Source: a virus
Taxonomy: Duplodnaviria > Caudoviricetes
Direction: 5' to 3' (one strand)
IMG/VR virus record: IMGVR_UViG_3300034149_000152
Location: 1-55,460 of that record
DNA length: 55,460 nucleotides
Shown here: one piece after another, positions 27,668 to 35,491 of the stretch
Numbering within the stretch: position 1 is the stretch's first letter
Layout: the number at the start of each line of letters is the position of its first letter
Position numbers and translations under genes: made by a program
The notes under the pieces: model-generated
What the model was told of the DNA's origin: nothing
Databases searched by the model: none
The model's input: only the letters and a program-made list of their open reading frames with translations

Positions 27668-28017
27668 AATCGTCGATGTTCAAAGCATTCGTAACCACTC
27701 CACTTGTTAGGACTGACAACGGTTGTCCGGTTGAATTTAAGGCAACGCCCACCAATGAAAACATTTGGCTTGTGGACCACTTCTACAATTCTGCCATCCG
27801 TTCGCTTCAACTGGCTTACGGTTTCAGGCGCAAGCACTCCCCGTTGGTAGTGCTTGCAATCGTTACAGTCAGCATCAATCATCTGACAGTCGAATGCCTC
27901 TAGTTTCACGCCTTCGTCCTTGCATAACTTGTGGCAGATGAACGGAAATCCACTGTCCCCACGGTTCGACTGTCCAGAATCCACCGGGGAATCGCGTGAT
28001 GATGCCACCGCGTTCAT
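27664..28017 (-). CDS. Cys-rich hypothetical protein
   Basis: DADCNDCKHY...C...CFEHR. ATGA-coupled to the primase. Confidence 0.55.
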   Translation of the reverse strand: MNAVASSRDSPVDSGQSNRGDSGFPFICHKLCKDEGVKLEAFDCQMIDADCNDCKHYQRGVLAPETVSQLKRTDGRIVEVVHKPNVFIGGRCLKFNRTTVVSPNKWSGYECFEHRRL

Positions 28018-28120
28018 CTATCCAACTGCGGAGCGCGGCCATAGTCGGAGACAATGACGCCGAAGCAGGCGCTGCAGCGAATGACGCCATCGCGTCTTGG
28101 GTGTTATTCGGAGCGTTCAT
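27875..28120 (-). CDS. Hypothetical protein, probably truncated
   Basis: Starts within an attC-like element. Contains GGIITRFPGGFWT and overlaps the next ORF. Confidence 0.35.
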   Translation of the reverse strand: MNAPNNTQDAMASFAAAPASASLSPTMAALRSWIDERGGIITRFPGGFWTVEPWGQWISVHLPQVMQGRRRETRGIRLSDD

Positions 28121-28125
28121 TTGGC
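28059..28125 (+). repeat. attC-like palindrome
   Basis: GCCGAAG-CAGGC-GCTGCAGCGAATGACGCC ... GGTGTTATTCGGAGC-GTTC-ATTTGGC, an imperfect hairpin. Confidence 0.5.
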
Positions 28126-28388
28126 GGCACGAGTGAGATCATCACGCCTCGCAGCCGCTCCACATCAGCCAGCGTAAGATTACGAGGAAGGTCAAGGTAT
28201 GCTGTCCGGTCGCCCAGCGGGACTGGATAGCGCACCAGTGCCGCAGAACAAGGGCGCGGCACCGAATCCGCGCCCCGCTCTGCGATCAAAGTTTCAGGTT
28301 TATTCATGTGTTTCCTTGCGCTCAACGCCGAACCGGCCGGATGCTGCGAACCGGGGGTTCGCTTTTGGAGTGAGGTTTTCTTGCTCAT
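28104..28388 (-). CDS. Hypothetical protein
   Basis: C-terminal AYLDLPRNLTLADVERL motif. The N-terminus is encoded by attC-like elements. Confidence 0.5.
   Translation of the reverse strand: MSKKTSLQKRTPGSQHPAGSALSARKHMNKPETLIAERGADSVPRPCSAALVRYPVPLGDRTAYLDLPRNLTLADVERLRGVMISLVPPNERSE
28243..28295 (+). repeat. attC-like left arm (repeat of 29609-29660)
   Basis: GCAGAACAAGGGCGCGGCACCGAATCCGCGCCCCGCTC..CAAAGT versus GCCTAAACACACGCTGCACCGAATCCTCGCCCCGCTC..CAAAGT. Confidence 0.55.
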
Positions 28389-28432
28389 AAAGTCATTTGG
28401 TATTCGCGCGGTCGCTGGAGCCGGCGTTAGCG
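28327..28432 (+). repeat. attC-like palindrome
   Basis: GCCGAAC-CGGCCGG..GCGAACCG ... CGGTCGC..CCGGC-GTTAGCG. The arms pair and carry AAC/GTT cores. Confidence 0.6.
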
Positions 28433-28653
28433 TGCCTGAGATTCCAGATCATGGCGGCTTGTTCTGGCGTTTCGCGCCATCCTTGTCTCGCATGGCATCG
28501 CAAGCAGCGGGCACAGTAGGTTTTCTGCCATCCGAAGATGAAACTGTCATCCTCGATATATGCAGGCGCACCGCAAAATGGGCACGCCAACAATTCAGTG
28601 CAGGACAACCAAGCTAGTGCTGCTAGCTTCGTTGTGAGCGTGTTCGTTTTCAT
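28393..28653 (-). CDS. Lar-family restriction alleviation protein
   Basis: LLACPFCG...CLRC...EQAAMIWNLR, the typical Lar-family pattern. Confidence 0.7.
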   Translation of the reverse strand: MKTNTLTTKLAALAWLSCTELLACPFCGAPAYIEDDSFIFGWQKTYCARCLRCHARQGWRETPEQAAMIWNLRHANAGSSDRANTK

Positions 28654-28961
28654 AGGTCTTTTTGCTTTTGGTCGCACTCGGTTTTACCCGCCGAGTGCCT
28701 GACTTCACCGTTAGGCGGCATCGTGCGCTCCACTCCGAAACGCAGCGGCCCGATGAAGACGTTCACAAATATCATGTTGCCATCATTCATCCAGTTTCGC
28801 GTGGCCAGCCAGTTCACGCCGGCCATCCACTGGCTCATTGTGAGAGCGATTTCAACAGCGCACGCACTGGACAGGTCGATGCGTTTACACCACGACCACG
28901 GCTTAGGTTCGCGGCCAGTCGTTGAGCCAGTGTCGTTGGCGTATTCGATTTTCCATTTCAT
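28650..28961 (-). CDS. Hypothetical protein
   Basis: 103 aa, ending PPNGEVRHSAG (attC-like arm). Confidence 0.5.
   Translation of the reverse strand: MKWKIEYANDTGSTTGREPKPWSWCKRIDLSSACAVEIALTMSQWMAGVNWLATRNWMNDGNMIFVNVFIGPLRFGVERTMPPNGEVRHSAGKTECDQKQKDL
28670..28716 (+). repeat. attC-like element (right arm plus hairpin)
   Basis: GCACTCGG/CCGAGTGC stem, then CTGACTTCACC-GTTAGGC. Confidence 0.45.
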
Positions 28962-28969
28962 AGTTTTGT

Positions 28970-29404
28970 TCAGTTCGGCGAATACGTCCCGCCACTGCGT
29001 TTTGCTATCGCTTCACCGAGGTCGTGCAGTTCGTCACACGTTAGATGTCGGAGCGCGTTCACCAGTATCCATGCCACGCCACCGGCTGCGTGAAGTCGGC
29101 TCTCGTCTGCCACGCACGCGATTGTATTCAGTTCGTCATCCAGCAGCGTCAGTGCGTGGTTTCTGATCATGTGCTCAAAGAGCGGATACCACGTCGAACC
29201 ATGACTTTTCTCATTCGGTGTCATTTCAACACCAGCGTCATTGTTTTGCCTGAAGTTTTTGGTTGCAGAGTTACCTGCGAAGTCTGCAATAATCCGGACG
29301 ATTTCTTTTACCCGTTCCGGTGTGTCGTCCCATTCCAGTGTGAGCCCGTCAGTTTTGAAACCGACGCGGACGAGCCGAACCTGGGTTGAGGTTTCAGGGT
29401 TCAT
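28970..29404 (-). CDS. Hypothetical protein (possibly fused small genes)
   Basis: 144 aa, ending in CCGAAC-TGA. Confidence 0.5.
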   Translation of the reverse strand: MNPETSTQVRLVRVGFKTDGLTLEWDDTPERVKEIVRIIADFAGNSATKNFRQNNDAGVEMTPNEKSHGSTWYPLFEHMIRNHALTLLDDELNTIACVADESRLHAAGGVAWILVNALRHLTCDELHDLGEAIAKRSGGTYSPN

Positions 29405-29408
29405 GGTT

Positions 29409-29930
29409 TCAGTGCTCGGGCCGGAGCGACTTCGCCAGTAGCGTTTCCAGTTCTACGGCGAGCTTCACCACTTCTGCGTTGTGAGTTTCCGCGCCGCAGT
29501 CACACTCTTTCGGGATTTCGCGGGAACAGCCATCTCGTGAGAGTGGGCAGCCATACCAGTTATCTTCGTCGCAGTTGTAGTGTTCGCGCTTTGCAAGTTC
29601 GACCAGTCGCCTAAACACACGCTGCACCGAATCCTCGCCCCGCTCGACGCTCAAAGTCTCTTGGTCACTCCTAGATTGGGACACCAAGTTTCCCCAGCCT
29701 TCCGACGGTCTGTAAGAGGTTTCGCCGAACTTCCACTCACGAGTAGCTTCGACGAGTTCGCGACGGCCTTCGGTCATCGCCTCGCCTTCTTCGGAATCAA
29801 GATCAATCTCATCCTCAAGTTCCACGATAAGCATGTTGATTGTTTTCTGCGTCTCATTTGCAAAGTTACCAACCGGCTTTAGGGCTTTAAGGGCAGTGAT
29901 TTCTTTGTCTATTTTTTCCTTCGTTCTCAT
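29409..29930 (-). CDS. Hypothetical protein (fusion of two small genes through an attC-like arm)
   Basis: Internal TLSVERGEDSVQRVFRRL is encoded by the 29609-29660 repeat. Confidence 0.55.
   Translation of the reverse strand: MRTKEKIDKEITALKALKPVGNFANETQKTINMLIVELEDEIDLDSEEGEAMTEGRRELVEATREWKFGETSYRPSEGWGNLVSQSRSDQETLSVERGEDSVQRVFRRLVELAKREHYNCDEDNWYGCPLSRDGCSREIPKECDCGAETHNAEVVKLAVELETLLAKSLRPEH
29609..29660 (+). repeat. attC-like left arm
   Basis: GCCTAAAC-ACAC-GCTGCACCGAATCC, a repeat of 28243-28295. Confidence 0.55.
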
Positions 29931-30202
29931 CGTGTTGTTCCTTTGGTTGAGCGCCCCTCCAATGTTTCAGGTGAGTCATCCGGGCGAAGATTTAGTTTGT
30001 GTTCAGCTTCTTCGCCTATGAGCGTTTTCCCGCCTCCCAGTTCATGCAGCCGCTTCGATTCATTGATTGCTGCTTCGCGGATTGCCTGCAGGAAGATTCC
30101 AAGTTTCTTTTCTTCGGATTCCACCGGCTCGTGTCTTTCCGTCTCGTCGTATATGCACACGCCTTTGTCATTTTCTTCGATTTTCAGGATGAGTTTTATC
30201 AT
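29927..30202 (-). CDS. Hypothetical protein
   Basis: 91 aa, MIKLILKIEEN..., ATGA-coupled downstream. Confidence 0.6.
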   Translation of the reverse strand: MIKLILKIEENDKGVCIYDETERHEPVESEEKKLGIFLQAIREAAINESKRLHELGGGKTLIGEEAEHKLNLRPDDSPETLEGRSTKGTTR

Positions 30203-30203
30203 A
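30171..30203 (-). repeat. 33-bp direct repeat (copy 2)
   Basis: 32/33 identical to 26777-26809. Confidence 0.85.
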
Positions 30204-30251
30204 GGTCGTTGTCGAAGAGCGAACTGCCGCCCCGCGTTTCATTTGGTTAGT

Positions 30252-30470
30252 TTAATCGGCCTCTGTCCACACAATACGCCGCTCCGTCGTGTCATATACA
30301 TGCGCCCAAGAGGAGCGCCATAGTTCAGACAAATCGTCTCCGTTTTCCATTTTCGCGTGCGCCACGACTGCCTGGATAGCCTCAGAGAGTGAGTCGAAGT
30401 CGGCATGGAAGTCGTACATACCGCCGGCTGGGTAGTAAATTGAGCCTTCAAATGTCAGAAATCGTTTCAT
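30252..30470 (-). CDS. Small phage hypothetical protein
   Basis: MKRFLTF...YYPAGG..DF...FDS pattern seen in small phage early proteins. Confidence 0.7.
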   Translation of the reverse strand: MKRFLTFEGSIYYPAGGMYDFHADFDSLSEAIQAVVAHAKMENGDDLSELWRSSWAHVYDTTERRIVWTEAD

Positions 30471-30489
30471 AGTAACATGCTAGGCGACT

Positions 30490-30789
30490 TCATGCGTGTC
30501 CCCTCACCACTTCCGGGTAGTTGTAGATTGGCATGGATTTCTCTGCCCACTCCCAGAACTCACGGTGGCTGTCCTTCGTCGCCTCCTGAGAGTACGCGGT
30601 AGGCACATGCGGTTGGTCATACCACGGCCCGTCATTCAGTTTCAGGTGGAGATGCAGGCAGTGCTTGCCGCTGCGCTCATGGAACATCCGCACCAGGCAC
30701 AGACCTTTTGGGACTTGAGACCAGTCGGCTAACCATGCTTTGCAGCGAACGGCCTTCCCGCTTTCCGATTCGATGCTTTCAGGTTTCAT
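30490..30789 (-). CDS. Hypothetical protein
   Basis: Start MKPES lies inside the 30727-30812 element. Confidence 0.5.
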   Translation of the reverse strand: MKPESIESESGKAVRCKAWLADWSQVPKGLCLVRMFHERSGKHCLHLHLKLNDGPWYDQPHVPTAYSQEATKDSHREFWEWAEKSMPIYNYPEVVRGHA

Positions 30790-30812
30790 TGCGTCTCTTT
30801 GGGTGGTTAGGT
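30727..30812 (+). repeat. attC-like element
   Basis: GGCTAAC-CATGC-TTTGCAGCGAAC ... TG-GTTAGGT, with RYYYAAC/GTTRRRY-like cores. Confidence 0.6.
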
Positions 30813-31066
30813 GTGCTCGCCGTCTCACCATGAACGCACCCAAATTCAGGGCCGGTTTCTATCGCCCCATAGCCGTCATCAACTCCTGCCGTTTCGTCAT
30901 ACGGAGGCAGTCCGTTATTTCTGAGTTTCGGATTATTGCATGGCCGATGCGAACTTCTGCCTCTTGGTGATTCTGCATCCCACCATTGACACGCGGCACA
31001 CCTAATAATTCGATGGATCGAACTGCGTCCCGCCACGGGTTGGATTGCAAATGTGTCGTTTGGCAT
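30779..31066 (-). CDS. Small Cys-containing hypothetical protein
   Basis: CAACQWW...C...TGPEFGCVH. Confidence 0.65.
   Translation of the reverse strand: MPNDTFAIQPVAGRSSIHRIIRCAACQWWDAESPRGRSSHRPCNNPKLRNNGLPPYDETAGVDDGYGAIETGPEFGCVHGETASTPNHPKRRNET
31000..31064 (+). repeat. attC-like element
   Basis: ACCTAAT-AATTC-GATGGATCGAAC ... GTC-GTTTGGC. Confidence 0.45.
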
Positions 31067-31069
31067 ATT

Positions 31070-34000
31070 TCAGAATGGCGCGATCTCGGTTTCTGCGGAT
31101 TGGATTGGCGCCAGCGGTCTTTTCCATCCGTTGGAGGACAGCTTATCCAGCAAAGTCCTGGCGGTGGCGGATGTCATGTTGGCGTCGGTATAACCGTACC
31201 GTCGCAATACCTTCAATTGACCAAGTGTAGCCAGCTTATTGCCCCAACGCCGGAACATCTCGTTCAATACCTGCTTGGACTGTGCATACGGCATTACTTC
31301 GGGATTGATTCCCTGCTTTAAGAGCAGGGCCTTTTGCTTTTGAGAAAGCGATTTGCCATTGTCCCATCCTCTCTCCTTGACGGGCGTCATTTGGAATATG
31401 TCGAACGGGTTTACCATTCTGCTGGTGTAGCTTGACCGGGCGATCAGCCTTGCCTTCCGGGCTTCCTCCAGCCGGCGACGTTCTGCGGCTTCCTTTATTA
31501 ACTTTTCCTCCTGTTCGTCGAGCAGACCGGCCATTCTGACAGCGCAGCCTTTTTCCGTGGCAATCTTAACCGCCCGATCACAGGCTTCATCGCTGACTTT
31601 TCCGCCCAGAATATCAGCCGAAGTCATCAACTTATGCCGGCCACTGTTGCCGACGAAATCCAAGGCAATCATTGAAGGTTTGCCGCTGGCGGCGATGCAA
31701 GCCTTGCGATCATCGGCGGTGGTCTGGCCATCCACCACTCCGGCCAGTGGCCGCATGGCCCGCCCTAAAATTTGTGCATACAAAGACCGGCTCTTGGTTG
31801 GGCGCGCATTAACCACCACTTCGACGAGAGGGTTGTCGTAACCCTCGGAATTGCCAACCACGGTGACAGTTCCTCGTCGCCGAACAATTATGTTTCCGCT
31901 TGTGCTCGTCACACACCACACACGCTCAGGACTCCATCCTTCCTCGATACGGAGGCGGTATTTCGTCATCATGTGTGCTTCGCGCTTTGTGAAGGATAAG
32001 AACCAAAGCCAATGCTTTCCGTTTGGTCTCTTTATCAGGCTGGTCCGGTATCCCCGCACGCAGGCAATTGCTTGCAGCAACGAGAATAATTGCGGCCTCG
32101 CTCCGCAAATACGAATCAGGGGGGTCGGGGGACGCATGTTATTCCCATGGTCTCCGTCGGCCATCCAGTACCCATTAAGCAGGGCGTCAAATTGGCGGCC
32201 ATTGAGTCCCCAAAGCAGATCAGAGCCGTGCTTTTGGAGATAAGGTTCAAGCGCAAAGACTCCGCACCTTTTTTGCGAACCGAATCCAGTACCCCTTGGC
32301 AATGACCACACAACGACTTTGCTTTCTTTGTTGGGTTTGTCGGCAAAACTTCCGAGTGATGGTTTCACCCGCCGCACCGAATCAAATCCACAGGCTGCAA
32401 TTAGATCATCAACCCGCGCAACGATCTCGGAACAGTTTTCGAATTGACATAAGGTGTACTCCATACCACCGCTTTTTAGGTGCGCAACGCTTCCATCGCC
32501 AAGCCAGAACCCGATGAATTCGCATTCTTCCAGAGAGAGAGCCGCCGGGTGCTTGTATTCCAGAGAATCGCGTCTATCAATTCTTCGATTGGCCTCTGCA
32601 ATAGATTCCTCCCATTCAAATCCATTATTTTTCCGGAGCATGTGCGCATTGGCTGCGACCCGGATGCATCTGAGCCTTTTGCTTCGCCGTGGAGTTGGTA
32701 TCTCAACGGATAATGGGTCAGCCATTCCAGAAATTGGAAGGGCGGCTATTTTACCAACAAGTTCGGATGCGTGCGCCATCTTCCAATCAGACCGTGGCAC
32801 CGTTCGGTAAATCATACGATGATCCTCAGTCACGCGGATTGACCTGTTCTTGGTTTCCAAAACGACCATGCGCTCGTTTGGTAATCTGTCTCTGCGAATT
32901 ATGAACTTGGGCTTGTCGAAAAACACTTGACCATTATCCCAATTCGCAATCATGTGTTCGTAACTCATCGCCTCCATGTTCACCCAACCATCGGTGGTTA
33001 GGATTTCAGTTTGTGAATCCAGACAATAAATTCCGCAGTTACAAACTACTTGAAGCATTCCGGACTTGAATCTTGAATTGATGTCCTCGCGCACGTCGTT
33101 GCTGGTCTTGTCGCAAACCCATTCCGACATGCCTGCGCGCACACGGTTCAAGATATTAGACAGAATTTCCGCGTGTTTTACAGATGATGTGAAGCACAGG
33201 GTAATTTTCTTGCAGGTCGCATTCGCTTCAATGTACTCGCCCCACTGCAATGGATCGACTGTTTTAAGTGTGTGCTGGCCAAGACCGAATAACACTTCCA
33301 ATGTGGGTTGCACGATGCACTGCACGGCTTCCTCACTCTCCATCACTGCCGCAAGGTCCGCTCCGTTCAAATCTCCCGCCGTAGTCCGGATATGCGACCA
33401 GTCAATCGTGGTGGGGATCATCCATTGATCCACATTCAACAACCAGCCGTCATGGATGGCATCAAGTATTTCGTAATCGAAAGCAACCGTGTCGAATATC
33501 TGGCCCAGTGCCTCCTCGTCAGCCCGGTCGGGGGTTGCCGTGACCCCGAGAATTTTTATCTCCGGGTTGTTGGTCTTGTAATAATTGATGAGCGAGCGAT
33601 AGCTATCAGCGGTTCCGTGGTGGCAGTTTGAAACTACGACACCGTTTGCGATGTAGCTGTGGACCCTTTCAACTTCGAGATTGTAGACGTAACCGTCCGG
33701 ACACATTCCGCCAAATGTTCCGTCACCTGTCTGTTTTTGAATCTCAACACTGTCCACCCAAGCCCAATGAGATTGGAAGTCTTGAGCTTGTCTCTCTGTT
33801 TCACCGTTTCCGCGTAATGGCTCGGGCCGTCCACTTCGACTGCTATTTTGAGTTCTCTGTTCCCAATTGGTGCATAACACCATATCAAATCCTGTAAGTA
33901 AAGAGGCTTTTTTCCATCCGTCTTTTGTCCATATTTTGTGGTTCATGGTGCAAGTGATGATTTTTGTGCCGGCGCTGATCTGACACAGATAGTTGGAGCG

Positions 34001-34522
34001 AGGCCGGTGCTTGAAAGTTCTGAGGATACGTCGAGGTCCAAATTGATGCGTGGCTGGATCGAACGCAATAACTGTTTCACCGGCTTTGAAACTCTCAATC
34101 GGTCTGCCATCAACCCGTGTCCCAGCAGGAAAACACTCATCAACAATCAACACCCCAAATTCTTCAGGTTTGAACCGGCCCATGCGCTTGCGGTCGCCGT
34201 GGTTTGAGTTCTGGGTCTGGATGGTTGAGATTACGACCGGGGGATTTCCAAATAGCGAATTATTAACAAACAGTTCCGCCATTTCGATTCCGCATTCAAG
34301 CCCGGTTACGTGATGAATTTTCTCCCGGGCCTGCCAGATCAATTCTTTCCTTTGAGCAATTATCATCGCCCGCTTCGGTTGAACGCTGTCAATGACCATG
34401 GCAAAGAGAACGGTCTTACCGCAGCCGGTTGGGGCCACAACGAGAGTTGAGGTCACGCTTTCCCATTCCTTGAAAATGGCATCATGGGCCTCGGTCTGAT
34501 AATCGCGGGGCACGAAGTTCAT
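31070..34522 (-). CDS. SF2 DEAD/DEAH-box helicase with two inteins (about 588 aa after splicing)
   Basis: RDYQ, APTGCGKT, DE|CH, TATPDR, Y|SEGYD and QILGRAMR motifs. Confidence 0.92.
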   Translation of the reverse strand: MNFVPRDYQTEAHDAIFKEWESVTSTLVVAPTGCGKTVLFAMVIDSVQPKRAMIIAQRKELIWQAREKIHHVTGLECGIEMAELFVNNSLFGNPPVVISTIQTQNSNHGDRKRMGRFKPEEFGVLIVDECFPAGTRVDGRPIESFKAGETVIAFDPATHQFGPRRILRTFKHRPRSNYLCQISAGTKIITCTMNHKIWTKDGWKKASLLTGFDMVLCTNWEQRTQNSSRSGRPEPLRGNGETERQAQDFQSHWAWVDSVEIQKQTGDGTFGGMCPDGYVYNLEVERVHSYIANGVVVSNCHHGTADSYRSLINYYKTNNPEIKILGVTATPDRADEEALGQIFDTVAFDYEILDAIHDGWLLNVDQWMIPTTIDWSHIRTTAGDLNGADLAAVMESEEAVQCIVQPTLEVLFGLGQHTLKTVDPLQWGEYIEANATCKKITLCFTSSVKHAEILSNILNRVRAGMSEWVCDKTSNDVREDINSRFKSGMLQVVCNCGIYCLDSQTEILTTDGWVNMEAMSYEHMIANWDNGQVFFDKPKFIIRRDRLPNERMVVLETKNRSIRVTEDHRMIYRTVPRSDWKMAHASELVGKIAALPISGMADPLSVEIPTPRRSKRLRCIRVAANAHMLRKNNGFEWEESIAEANRRIDRRDSLEYKHPAALSLEECEFIGFWLGDGSVAHLKSGGMEYTLCQFENCSEIVARVDDLIAACGFDSVRRVKPSLGSFADKPNKESKVVVWSLPRGTGFGSQKRCGVFALEPYLQKHGSDLLWGLNGRQFDALLNGYWMADGDHGNNMRPPTPLIRICGARPQLFSLLQAIACVRGYRTSLIKRPNGKHWLWFLSFTKREAHMMTKYRLRIEEGWSPERVWCVTSTSGNIIVRRRGTVTVVGNSEGYDNPLVEVVVNARPTKSRSLYAQILGRAMRPLAGVVDGQTTADDRKACIAASGKPSMIALDFVGNSGRHKLMTSADILGGKVSDEACDRAVKIATEKGCAVRMAGLLDEQEEKLIKEAAERRRLEEARKARLIARSSYTSRMVNPFDIFQMTPVKERGWDNGKSLSQKQKALLLKQGINPEVMPYAQSKQVLNEMFRRWGNKLATLGQLKVLRRYGYTDANMTSATARTLLDKLSSNGWKRPLAPIQSAETEIAPF
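31850..33025 (-). mobile_element. Intein (392 aa) with in-frame LAGLIDADG endonuclease in helicase motif V
   Basis: CLDSQTEILTTDGW...VTEDHRM; FIGFWLGDG and LLNGYWMADG; VWCVT...VVGN|S. Confidence 0.92.
33626..34135 (-). mobile_element. Mini-intein (170 aa) in the helicase Walker B (DE|CHH)
   Basis: CFPAGTRVDG...TCTMNHKIWT...VYNLEVERVHSYIANGVVVSN|C. Confidence 0.92.
33634..33870 (-). pseudogene. Truncated DUF559/Vsr-like endonuclease, out of frame inside the mini-intein
   Basis: IGNRELKIAVEVDGPSH...RDKLKT..L..LGWTVLRFKN in the +1 frame. The N-terminal half is missing. Confidence 0.75.
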
Positions 34523-34726
34523 TCAATGTTTGGCTTGTTGTTCAAAAAAATCACAGATTACAGCGCCGGCATCCGCCAGTTTTTCAAGCCTTCCGTCTTT
34601 TGCAATTCCCGCGCCTTTTGACTTCCAGCCCTCGCAGGACATGGCATAGCCTCCGCTCTCGGTTTTGAATACAAGGACCAAAATAAAAGGAGGGTTAACC
34701 TCTTTGAGTAATTCGATGATTTCCAT
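34523..34726 (-). CDS. Hypothetical protein
   Basis: 67 aa, tightly packed in the operon. Confidence 0.6.
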   Translation of the reverse strand: MEIIELLKEVNPPFILVLVFKTESGGYAMSCEGWKSKGAGIAKDGRLEKLADAGAVICDFFEQQAKH

Positions 34727-34729
34727 GGT

Positions 34730-35491
34730 TTATTTTTTTGTCCTTAGCGCCTTGATTTCCACCGGGACACATCTTTCCCATTTCCATTTGCCGATTAGTC
34801 CACGGCCCTTGCACAAACGACAACCGCCTTTTTGCGCTTCCGGATGTCCCTGGCAGACTGAGCATACGGCATAAGGCATAGTGTTTTTTATGTTATGCCG
34901 CACCTTGTCCAGATCGGCGATGTTGCCGGTGATTTCCATTTCGGCAAACAGCAGGTCTTGAATCTCATTGGCCTCCTTGATCGCCTTAATGACACCGCTG
35001 ATGGCGTTCACCAATTCCTTGAGTTCATCCTTGCGCCTCCAATACTGCTGCACCTTGACCGGGATCGGATGTCCGAGATCGTCTTTTATGACTTCGACCG
35101 CATCCACAATTTTGGGCACATTGGACGATTTGGCAGCTATTTCTATGACCTTATTTGACTTTTTTTGGTCAGGTTGCTTGGACACTTGCTTGGACACAAA
35201 GTGAACATTATATTCACTCTTGGACGGCCCATCAACGACTTGTGACTCAACTGGATCTATAATGGCTTCTGATGCAATGAGCATTTTATTGGTATGCTGA
35301 GGGGTAAGTTTCAAAGACCCTCTACAGAAATCTTCCCAGCTTTGGTACTCGATCAAATAGAACTTGGATTCTTTGATTTCCTTCACCGCCGACCAGACCT
35401 TGAATCCAGCTTCAAGGTGGTCGGCAATCACCTTTTTTAGCTTTTGGTATCGCAGCCGGTCAAAGGTAGAAACTGGTTTTTCAGAATTCAT
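34730..35491 (-). CDS. Hypothetical DNA-binding protein with C-terminal Zn finger
   Basis: EIKE..FY..EYQSWEDFC N-terminal domain and CSVC...CRLCKGRG. Confidence 0.7.
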   Translation of the reverse strand: MNSEKPVSTFDRLRYQKLKKVIADHLEAGFKVWSAVKEIKESKFYLIEYQSWEDFCRGSLKLTPQHTNKMLIASEAIIDPVESQVVDGPSKSEYNVHFVSKQVSKQPDQKKSNKVIEIAAKSSNVPKIVDAVEVIKDDLGHPIPVKVQQYWRRKDELKELVNAISGVIKAIKEANEIQDLLFAEMEITGNIADLDKVRHNIKNTMPYAVCSVCQGHPEAQKGGCRLCKGRGLIGKWKWERCVPVEIKALRTKK

